Below, one piece after another: positions 9,285-16,999 of a DNA stretch of 56,623 nt. The position numbers and the translations under genes were made by a program. Position 1 is the first letter of the stretch. Every line of letters starts with the position of its first letter. The DNA is from an uncultured Methanosarcinales archaeon (lineage in GTDB: Archaea; Nanobdellota; Nanobdellia; Woesearchaeales; UBA9642): the NCBI GenBank assembly GCA_964545585.1, contig CAZJFT010000002.1:1-56623 (forward strand). Direction: 5' to 3'. Below the pieces are notes generated by a model. That model was not told the origin of the DNA. It did no database searches and worked only from the letters and a program-made list of their open reading frames with translations.

Positions 9285-9941
9285 TTACACCTCCACCTTC
9301 ACTGCCTTGCCCATTGTCGTCTTTATGAACATATTCTTCAGATTGTTCCTTTCCTTTGGCAAGTGGTGAATCAATTGATCATATACTAAGTATAAGTTGT
9401 CTGCAAGCTGCTCATTAGTCATGTCCTCTCTTCCTATGCATAACTGCACTAATGGCTTGTTCCTTGCAAGGACCCTTATAGTCTTCTGAAGCCTGTCATA
9501 TAATGGCTTGATGTTTGTCTTCGGAGCGATGACGCATCCTGCTTTCGGGTTAGGCATCTTGTTCTTCGGTCCAAGTGTCCTTCCAAATGTTCCTGCTATC
9601 TTGCTCATTATTGTCGATTGTGCGATGAAATAATCGTTCTGTTTCGCAAGCTTCTTTATCCTCTTCTTGTCTTTTGCATACTCTTCGAACTGCAATAACG
9701 GGATGACGACATCACATGCTGCTTTCGCCTCTTCAACCATGTCTACATCTACGAATGCTGCAACGTTCTTCTTCTTTCCAGTATTGTGTGGAAGCACTAC
9801 ATAAAAGTCAAGCTGGTGTTCTGGCTTCTTGAAATCAAGATCCTGCAGGTTTATCACTACATCTACTGCCTGCACGAACTTCCTCTGCGGAGAAGCCTCT
9901 CTCAACTTCTTTATCATATCTAAAGCATCTTTTTTGTCCAT
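9285..9941 (-). CDS. rpl1: Ribosomal protein uL1
   Basis: L1 family sequence. Start moved to MDKKDAL because GGAGGG lies 6 nt upstream. Confidence 0.92.
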   Translation of the reverse strand: MDKKDALDMIKKLREASPQRKFVQAVDVVINLQDLDFKKPEHQLDFYVVLPHNTGKKKNVAAFVDVDMVEEAKAACDVVIPLLQFEEYAKDKKRIKKLAKQNDYFIAQSTIMSKIAGTFGRTLGPKNKMPNPKAGCVIAPKTNIKPLYDRLQKTIRVLARNKPLVQLCIGREDMTNEQLADNLYLVYDQLIHHLPKERNNLKNMFIKTTMGKAVKVEV

Positions 9942-10079
9942 TTTCGCCCTCCTACAAGCGTAGTTAAACATTCAGCCTCTAAGAATGGACTGAATGCCTA
10001 ATGGGTATGATAAGGGGAAAAAAGATTTATTTATAAAGTTGATTGTTTGTTGCCAGATTGTTTTTTAAGCCATTAGAAT

Positions 10080-10712
10080 TCAATAATTCTTCAGATAATC
10101 CCTTCCATGGTGCTTCTCAAATCCGCGTATGATGAAGAGTATTATCGCTGCGAGCATCCCTCCCCATATGTCGAATATCATGTCCCACCATGCATCATAC
10201 ACTTGAAGGTCTGATCCTGATGGTGCAAGCCCGTCGCCTACGCTGAACAAGCTTTCAGAATATATTCCCAGATATCTTGTACCAACGAACTCGTTCACTT
10301 CATGCAATAGATTAAACCCGAGCATGACCATGAATGCTAGCACAATATGCTTCACTATACGCTCTTTTGAATGTGCAATCAATATATAGAATATCACGAT
10401 AGTTACGACCATGCTGTTCAGGAAGTGTGTCCATTTATCATACCCCAAACCGAACCATGACATGCTGAATAGCTCAAACAGCACACCCATGTTATGGAAA
10501 TAAAATGGGATGAACCCTAACACTATGACTGCAGGGTTCAATGGATATTTCTGTTCCAACAGATAGAATAATCCTATCGCCGCGAGACAGAACACGTTGT
10601 CCATGACGAATTGCGGCTTGAAAATCATCGCATATACAAGGAAGAACGTCTGTATCGATGCGCCTATTATGAATGTGTTCCTTCTTATCTTATGCATGTC
10701 AGTCATCATCAC
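10080..10712 (-). CDS. Multi-pass membrane protein, unknown function
   Basis: 210 aa with about 6 hydrophobic helices. Confidence 0.55.
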   Translation of the reverse strand: MMMTDMHKIRRNTFIIGASIQTFFLVYAMIFKPQFVMDNVFCLAAIGLFYLLEQKYPLNPAVIVLGFIPFYFHNMGVLFELFSMSWFGLGYDKWTHFLNSMVVTIVIFYILIAHSKERIVKHIVLAFMVMLGFNLLHEVNEFVGTRYLGIYSESLFSVGDGLAPSGSDLQVYDAWWDMIFDIWGGMLAAIILFIIRGFEKHHGRDYLKNY

Positions 10713-10779
10713 AAATACCCTTGACCATTTATATATTTTTATATTGATATTATATTTTCAAGAAAAAACATTTAAACAC

Positions 10780-13161
10780 ATGGATAATATATTCAATATG
10801 AATAAGAGAGTGAAGGTCGCATTGTTGTCTTTCATGCTTATAGTTATAGTGATAGCAGCATTCTATACATATAGGCGGTTGAACCTGATGATTAAAGAGG
10901 ACATAATACTTGAGATAGAGGACAATTATGAGTCCGCATGGCTCAAATACGGCGAATCTTATGAGTTCAAGACTGAAGTGGAAATAAACAATTATTGGTT
11001 ATGCACTGCTGTCTGCGAACAAGAAATAATGGATATACATAGCGGAGAGATATTATTTAATGAGACATTTTATGTCACAAACAACAAAAAAAGGACCGCA
11101 ACCATAGATATATACCCTCATAAGGGTTATGGACAATCAATTTATCAGTATGAGATAAAATGCCAGAACATCCCGTCAAGCAGATGCCCTGCGTCAAATG
11201 ATACATATGTGCGCAAGAATACCTTGATAATAAATCATGAGCCTAATGATCTGCAAAAAGCTTTGATAGACGAATCCATACATTTATTTGACAACATCTC
11301 ACATAATGTTGCACATGCTGAATTGAATATCGACAACGCCACCAACATATTGTATAATGTAGATGTAAATTTCAAGGAGTACACCAAGAAAGAGGCGTCA
11401 AGATATTCAAGCATATTAAAAAACCTGAATGATGCAGAGGAGGACATATTTCTAGAATGGAAAAAAGATGAATACGAGAATGCCTATGAAAAGATAAATT
11501 ATATCTATGATTCTAGCAAAGAATTATTCGCTAACACTTCAGAATTGCTAGACGACATAAGAAGAACAGTAGATAAACACAACACAATCGTAAATATGCA
11601 CAGGAGCAACCTGTATAAGGCTTCGATTATCAAGGAAATGCTAAAATATTATCCTGGAAAAATAGACGAGTTCAGGAATGATGCTATGACAAGTCTCCAA
11701 TTGGTCAACATAAACACAGTCAAGATGAATAAGCTTAGCGACTATGATGCACTACTTAGAGAAGCACAATTAGAGGGAACAAGTATCGACTACACGATGA
11801 GATTGTTTAATCAAAAGACCGAACAGACAAGACCTGATTATGCCGATCTCTATCTTGCCGATGCATTATCGTGCGTCGTACTCGGATGCAATCAGACACC
11901 AATCAATCATTCCATTGATGGGATCGATGATGCCAAGAACAGGTGTGTTTTATATGATGGCATAATTCCCAGATTCATCGAGGCCCAAAACATCACCGCA
12001 GGCAACAGGGATAGATATAATGGATCGCTGCAATATTTTGATATAAGAGAAAAAAGACATATGATGGCAATGCTCGATGATTTCAAAGCTAACGACAGCA
12101 TCATCAATGAAAGAATCATGAGATACATATCAAACATCAATGAATCGATAAACGCAATAAATGATTCGAATATTATTTTTCTCGATGATGCTTCAATCAG
12201 CGGACCATATTATTCCTTGAGATTCCAGCCGATGATAGATGTGCTTAACAATATCTCGGCCTACTGTGGAAGACCATCACAAAACTTCTCATTCGATGAT
12301 TACAATATCTATGAGCAGGTAATCCCTGAATTCAACCAGCCATTGGATATAACCAAAATTTCTCAGCCGATAAAAAAATGTTGTTTCTTCGGCGAGTGCA
12401 AGCAATGCGGAACTGACAAGAAGAATCCTATAGTGTTGCTGCATGGACACTCTTTCAACCAGAAGAATTCTGCATATCAAAGCACAGACATATTCAACGG
12501 ATTGGAACCACGGCTCGTATCGGAAGGATATGTGAGCTTAGGGATATGGAAACCGTATTCGGAACAGAGGAATGCGATACAGGAGAATGCAATATTCAAA
12601 CCTACATATTATATAACGACTTATATTGATGTGCTAGGAACAAGCACGATACAATCCAAGGACGAAAGCATCGAAGAATATGCTGATAGGCTGAAAGATA
12701 CAATAGATAACATAAAGCTCATCACAGGAAGCGATAAAGTCGACATCGTAGCACACTCAATGGGAGGATTGGTGACTAGAAGATATATACAAGAATACGG
12801 TCCTTATGACATAGACAACCTCATTCTTATAGGTACACCAAACAACGGGATAACAGACAGGGTCTATAGTATCTGCAAGATTTTTGGTAATGAGAAAGAA
12901 TGCGATGAGATGCATCAAGGATCAGAATTTATGAAAAAACTGAATGAAAGCTATCCGATGCCAAAGACATCTTTGATAATAGGCAAGGGCTGTGACATGC
13001 AAGGCAAGGACGGAGATGGTGTTGTAACAGTAGAAAGTTCTAAATTAGGCAATTACAAGACGTACTACATCGAAGGAAATTGCACTAGCGCATCATTCTT
13101 ACATAATTCCATGCTCAATAGGGAAGATGTCTCGAAAAGGATAATCAACATCATTGATTAA
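10780..13161 (+). CDS. Large membrane-anchored or secreted protein with a C-terminal alpha/beta-hydrolase (lipase/PGAP1-like esterase) domain
   Basis: N-terminal TM helix VALLSFMLIVIVIAAF. C-terminal PIVLLHGHS, the nucleophile elbow AHSMGG, and LILIGTPNNG. Start trimmed to 10780 to avoid overlapping the divergent gene. Confidence 0.75.
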   Translation: MDNIFNMNKRVKVALLSFMLIVIVIAAFYTYRRLNLMIKEDIILEIEDNYESAWLKYGESYEFKTEVEINNYWLCTAVCEQEIMDIHSGEILFNETFYVTNNKKRTATIDIYPHKGYGQSIYQYEIKCQNIPSSRCPASNDTYVRKNTLIINHEPNDLQKALIDESIHLFDNISHNVAHAELNIDNATNILYNVDVNFKEYTKKEASRYSSILKNLNDAEEDIFLEWKKDEYENAYEKINYIYDSSKELFANTSELLDDIRRTVDKHNTIVNMHRSNLYKASIIKEMLKYYPGKIDEFRNDAMTSLQLVNINTVKMNKLSDYDALLREAQLEGTSIDYTMRLFNQKTEQTRPDYADLYLADALSCVVLGCNQTPINHSIDGIDDAKNRCVLYDGIIPRFIEAQNITAGNRDRYNGSLQYFDIREKRHMMAMLDDFKANDSIINERIMRYISNINESINAINDSNIIFLDDASISGPYYSLRFQPMIDVLNNISAYCGRPSQNFSFDDYNIYEQVIPEFNQPLDITKISQPIKKCCFFGECKQCGTDKKNPIVLLHGHSFNQKNSAYQSTDIFNGLEPRLVSEGYVSLGIWKPYSEQRNAIQENAIFKPTYYITTYIDVLGTSTIQSKDESIEEYADRLKDTIDNIKLITGSDKVDIVAHSMGGLVTRRYIQEYGPYDIDNLILIGTPNNGITDRVYSICKIFGNEKECDEMHQGSEFMKKLNESYPMPKTSLIIGKGCDMQGKDGDGVVTVESSKLGNYKTYYIEGNCTSASFLHNSMLNREDVSKRIINIID

Positions 13162-13195
13162 AAAAATATTGATTAAAAAAATATTGATTAAAAAA
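13152..13195. repeat. Three tandem copies of a 15-nt unit (T/C)ATTGATTAAAAAAA
   Basis: Read directly. The first copy contains the stop codon of the preceding CDS. On the minus strand it gives three T7 tracts right after the tRNA-Ser 3' end. Confidence 0.85.
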
Positions 13196-13332
13196 CGCCC
13201 AGACCCGGACTTTCTCACTGGCGTTCGAAGCATTGCCGCTCTCGCGCCAATATTTGAACCGGGAAACCTTTCGGAAACGGTTTTCTGTCTACGATTCGAG
13301 ACCGTCGCAGTACCAGATTGTGCCATCTGAGC
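13196..13332 (-). tRNA. tRNA-Ser(CGA) with two introns: about 12 nt at 37/38 and about 43 nt in the T-loop/T-stem junction
   Basis: Colinear with tRNA-Ser(TGA) at 29998..30079 except for two insertions. Acceptor stem GCTCAGA/TCTGGGC and a long variable arm. No CCA encoded. Confidence 0.8.
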
Positions 13333-13355
13333 ATATTGGGATGAAACATATCCTA

Positions 13356-13363
13356 TTTATAAT
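13356..13363 (-). promoter_or_regulatory. TATA-like box (TTTATAAT on the plus strand), 24 nt upstream of the tRNA-Ser(CGA) 5' end
   Basis: Sequence and spacing match the other tRNA promoters here. Confidence 0.5.
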
Positions 13364-13414
13364 TATTATTGATAAAAAGCTTAAATTTAAAAGATATTAT
13401 TAATTCGCGACTGT

Positions 13415-13996
13415 ATGATAGTGGAAGTCGACCCTAAATTAATCGATTACGACGCAAAAGTCCAGGAGTGGTGTTTATTGCCATACCCAAAGCACACCCA
13501 TGGATGTCCAAATTATGGGAAGCATAGAAGCTTGAAAGGTATTCGAAAAGATGTTCGACCACGCGTCATAAGAGAATGCCCGCCGACAGATATGGCGCTC
13601 GACAAAATATTTGATTTCTCTAGACAATTATTCATCATATACACAAAATACCCTGTTGGGGAAGATGCTGATGAAAGGATGAGAACCAATACAAAATTAA
13701 AGACTAACGCAGAATTTTATAACGTAAGATATTGGCAGGATAGGGCAAGAAGACTGATATATGATGAAGTCACAGCATTTCTAGATAATAATCCTGACAC
13801 TATCGCTGATTTATGTCCTGAGACTCATGGTGTGAATCACCATACAACAATGAGCAAATTAGGCATAAAACTCAAATGGGGTGAATGGCCCCCAAACCAT
13901 TCAATAGACAACATAGTCTATCAGGTTTGCATGGGAGGTTACCCTGCTAATGAGAAATATCTTATTGGAAGAAAAATTCTCGGAAGAACAGAATAA
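13415..13996 (+). CDS. Hypothetical protein with the Cys/His motif HTHGCPNYGK...RECPP
   Basis: 193-aa ORF. I do not recognise a family. Confidence 0.55.
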   Translation: MIVEVDPKLIDYDAKVQEWCLLPYPKHTHGCPNYGKHRSLKGIRKDVRPRVIRECPPTDMALDKIFDFSRQLFIIYTKYPVGEDADERMRTNTKLKTNAEFYNVRYWQDRARRLIYDEVTAFLDNNPDTIADLCPETHGVNHHTTMSKLGIKLKWGEWPPNHSIDNIVYQVCMGGYPANEKYLIGRKILGRTE

Positions 13997-13998
13997 TA

Positions 13999-14089
13999 TG
14001 CGATAGCCGGGATTCGAACCCGGGTCTCAAGCTCTTTCCATTCTTATAGAATGTGGGAAGCTCGAATTCTGCCGCTATACTACTATCGC
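13999..14089 (-). tRNA. tRNA-Gly(CCC) with an intron of about 20 nt at 37/38
   Basis: Acceptor stem GCGATAG/CTATCGC, T arm CCGGG-TTCGAAT-CCCGG, and anticodon stem CGAGC/GCTTG enclosing TTCCCA + intron + A. Confidence 0.85.
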
Positions 14090-14142
14090 ATAATATTTGA
14101 AAATTGATTAATTTTATATATTTGTTGGATTAGGTTGATAGT

Positions 14143-14724
14143 ATGATTGATTTGAAGGATAGATTGCTAATTATCACAGCTAATCTAGTTGCAATGTTTA
14201 TGGCGTATTATTATCAAAGTATCGCTTTAATATTGCTCCTATACTGGATAGAAAATGCTATAATAGGAGTATTCAACATATTGCGCATGGCTTCATGCGG
14301 TCAGAATCCGGTCGGGAAGCTATTGTTCATACCATTCTTCTTCATGCACTACGGGATATTCATGGTCGCGCATTTCATATTCCTGGTGTTCCTTTTAGGA
14401 TGGATTGGAGAGGGCAATGTGATGAATTTTTCAGGCATAGCCACAATAATAATAGGCGTGATTGCCATGATAATCACTCATGGTATGAGATTCATAATAG
14501 AAGAGACTGCTGGAGCATTGAAGAACAGATCGCCTCACGAGTTCATATTCAACCCTTATCCTAGAATAATAGTGATGCACTTAACAATAATATTGGGCTC
14601 TTTGATGTATTTCGGATTGGACAAGCCATTCTATATAATATTTTTGATGATTGCATTGAAGACACTCATAGAATTATACATGGAGAATATCCAGATTTGG
14701 AATCCGACTGTAAGAAGGATATAG
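14143..14724 (+). CDS. Multi-pass membrane protein, unknown function
   Basis: 193 aa with 5-6 hydrophobic helices. Confidence 0.6.
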   Translation: MIDLKDRLLIITANLVAMFMAYYYQSIALILLLYWIENAIIGVFNILRMASCGQNPVGKLLFIPFFFMHYGIFMVAHFIFLVFLLGWIGEGNVMNFSGIATIIIGVIAMIITHGMRFIIEETAGALKNRSPHEFIFNPYPRIIVMHLTIILGSLMYFGLDKPFYIIFLMIALKTLIELYMENIQIWNPTVRRI

Positions 14725-14750
14725 AGGTGTAAAATATAGAGGTGTAAAAT
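14721..14750. repeat. Perfect tandem duplication of the 15-nt unit ATAGAGGTGTAAAAT
   Basis: Copy 1 carries the TAG stop of the upstream gene. Copy 2 carries the GAGGTG RBS and the first two bases of the next ATG. Confidence 0.85.
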
Positions 14751-14970
14751 GGATACGAAAGATTCGATGTTTGTTCTGGCGATTGTAGGCATAGTCGCCA
14801 TTGTAGGAGTGATAATATTGGTCACGGGGACTAAAGCGTCAATAACTCAAGACATGGCAGGAGAGGCGATAGTCGTTGCTGAACAAGCATCCCTTGAAGG
14901 ATATGGCAATGCATATGCGTGCCTCGATTCTTACGGAAATTTATACAGGAGCGAGAATCCCTGTAGATGA
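14749..14970 (+). CDS. Small N-terminally anchored protein (73 aa)
   Basis: GAGGTG RBS. TM helix FVLAIVGIVAIVGVIILV. Two Cys in the C-terminal part. Confidence 0.55.
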   Translation: MDTKDSMFVLAIVGIVAIVGVIILVTGTKASITQDMAGEAIVVAEQASLEGYGNAYACLDSYGNLYRSENPCR

Positions 14971-15001
14971 TGATTATGAAATAATTCTATGACACGATAA
15001 A

Positions 15002-15337
15002 ATGAGAGGCAAAGGCACTGTTTTAGAGAATTGTCCGTTCTGCGGAAGACAGGCTATAGTCATGAATCCGCAAGGTGTCGCCGTATGCACAAGCCATAGG
15101 GATGCATATCTCGAGCTGAAATGTGTCTGCGGACAGCCTCTTGATGTTTTGAAAGGAAAATATGGCACTTATTGCAATTGCTTAAGATGCGGCAACATAT
15201 CCCTGAAGAAGGCTCTTGACATCAATGACACATTGAGAGCGATGCCGAGCCTGAATGTTCAGTCAAAGAATTCTGATATGAGATCTAAACAGCCTAAAGA
15301 CGTCGTAGTCAGGTCTGATGAGCTTGATTTCATGTGA
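15002..15337 (+). CDS. Zinc-ribbon protein (topoisomerase-type C4 finger-like)
   Basis: CPFCG..CTSH and CVCGQPLDVLKGKYGTYCNCLRCG. Confidence 0.55.
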   Translation: MRGKGTVLENCPFCGRQAIVMNPQGVAVCTSHRDAYLELKCVCGQPLDVLKGKYGTYCNCLRCGNISLKKALDINDTLRAMPSLNVQSKNSDMRSKQPKDVVVRSDELDFM

Positions 15338-15372
15338 AAAAATATATAAAGCAATAACAGATATGGTTTAAA

Positions 15373-16218
15373 ATGGATGTAATGATTGCTGCACAGAAGA
15401 ATGAGATCACTGAGCATCTTATCTATACTGCTCTTGCAAGGAAATCGAAGGATAAACACAATAAAAATGTCCTCGAAGAATTGGCTTCTGATGAATTGAA
15501 GCATTACAACATCCTAAAGAGACATACTAAAGTGGATGTAAAACCGAAGCGTTTCAAGATATGGCTTTATTCTTTCCTTGCATCATTATTCGGGATAGCT
15601 TTCACAATAAGATTGATGGAACGCGGAGAGGAATATGCACAGCAACTTTATTCTGCACAGAAAGATAAGGATTTCAAAGTGTTGCTTGTCGATGAGCATA
15701 AGCATGAGAATAAGCTTATTGATATTTTGAAGGATTCGAAGGTCGAATATGCCGGGTCTATAGTCCTAGGATTGAACGATGCACTGGTTGAGCTTACAGG
15801 AGCATTGGCAGGATTGAGCCTTGCAATCGCTAATGGAAAGCTTATTGCTGTAATAGGAGGCATCACAGGTTTTGCTGCAGCGATGTCCATGGCCGCATCA
15901 TCTTATCTCTCTTCTAAGGAAGAGAAAGACGGCAAGGATGCATTCAAGGGTGCGACATATACTGGTGTAGCATACCTTTTCACTGTCGCACTGCTCATAA
16001 TGCCTTTCATATTCATAAGCAACGTTTTCATGGCGATGGGCATCATGATAATTACGACAATATTGATAATAGCGTTCTACACATTCTATATCTCAACTGC
16101 AAAAAACACGAAATTCTGGCCTAAATTCATAGAAATGGCATTGATATCATTGACCGTCGCTGCGATAAGCTTCATAATAGGATGGATTGTCAGGATGTAT
16201 ATAGGAATTGACACATAA
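15373..16218 (+). CDS. VIT1/CCC1-family Fe/Mn transporter with an N-terminal ferritin-like domain
   Basis: EITEHLIY..DELKHY..DEHKHE (ferritin-like), then GLNDALVELTGALAGLS and C-terminal TM helices. Confidence 0.85.
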   Translation: MDVMIAAQKNEITEHLIYTALARKSKDKHNKNVLEELASDELKHYNILKRHTKVDVKPKRFKIWLYSFLASLFGIAFTIRLMERGEEYAQQLYSAQKDKDFKVLLVDEHKHENKLIDILKDSKVEYAGSIVLGLNDALVELTGALAGLSLAIANGKLIAVIGGITGFAAAMSMAASSYLSSKEEKDGKDAFKGATYTGVAYLFTVALLIMPFIFISNVFMAMGIMIITTILIIAFYTFYISTAKNTKFWPKFIEMALISLTVAAISFIIGWIVRMYIGIDT

Positions 16219-16250
16219 CCATTAACTTTTTATAATAATGTTCTCATGAT

Positions 16251-16895
16251 ATGATTATGATTTTCAGGTTGAAGCAATGGTATAATAATTGGAAGATAGA
16301 ACTTTCTGAACATAAATATCTTATATTTCTATCCCTGCTTTTCTTGCTGTTTGCAAACATAATAAACTACCATGCTGGAAATTATGTCGATACTGTAGAT
16401 GCTGTACCTGTAAAAGATATAATACTTGATAATATACCCACTATAAACTTTGAATATATATTCAGTTACGGCATGATACTGTTCCTTTCTGTCCTCTTGT
16501 TTTACGTGCTTTTCTTCAGGGTGAAGCAGTTCCATTCTGTAGCCTTCAGTTTCAGCGTTCTGATATTCGTAAGGAGTTTCTTCATAACATTAACACATCT
16601 CGGCAAGCCTGCCGATGCCGCAATAATGACGAATCTGCCAGGGATTTATCAGGCATTGAATTTCCATAATGATTTATTTTTTTCAGGTCATGCAGCTTTG
16701 CCATTCATGGCATTCCTATTGTTCAGGAAGGAGAAGATAGGGGTTTTCTTCCTTTTCATGACCATAGTCTTATCATTTACAGTATTAGTAATGCATGTGC
16801 ATTACAGCATAGATGTATTCGCAGCATTCTTTATAACATATGCTCTTTACAAATCTAGCCAATGGTTTAGCGAGAAATATTTCCATAAGAAATGA
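16251..16895 (+). CDS. PAP2_C / sphingomyelin-synthase-like membrane phosphotransferase
   Basis: FFSGHAALP and HVHYSIDVFAAFFITYALY match the SMS D3/D4 motifs (SGH; HYxxDV). Confidence 0.7.
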   Translation: MIMIFRLKQWYNNWKIELSEHKYLIFLSLLFLLFANIINYHAGNYVDTVDAVPVKDIILDNIPTINFEYIFSYGMILFLSVLLFYVLFFRVKQFHSVAFSFSVLIFVRSFFITLTHLGKPADAAIMTNLPGIYQALNFHNDLFFSGHAALPFMAFLLFRKEKIGVFFLFMTIVLSFTVLVMHVHYSIDVFAAFFITYALYKSSQWFSEKYFHKK

Positions 16896-16999
16896 TGCTC
16901 CATAGAATGTATCATAGTTATGATTCATCCTAAAAATGATGATAAAAAAATTCTCAAAATTTATAAAAAGAGGATTTCAAGTCTTATAAGAGGTGAGTG

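Noticed and set aside
9942-10079. Absence of the uL11 gene upstream of uL1 in the stalk operon
   Set aside because: Gene order varies among archaea and uL11 may be elsewhere. There is no evidence of disruption, so it is not treated as a finding.
13099-13326. 75-aa minus-strand ORF
   Set aside because: It overlaps the tandem 15-mers and most of tRNA-Ser(CGA). The tRNA explains the sequence better.
13152-14750. Whether the 15-nt tandem repeats could be a CRISPR array
   Set aside because: The units are directly adjacent with no spacers, there are only 2-3 copies, and no cas genes are present. They are simple tandem duplications.
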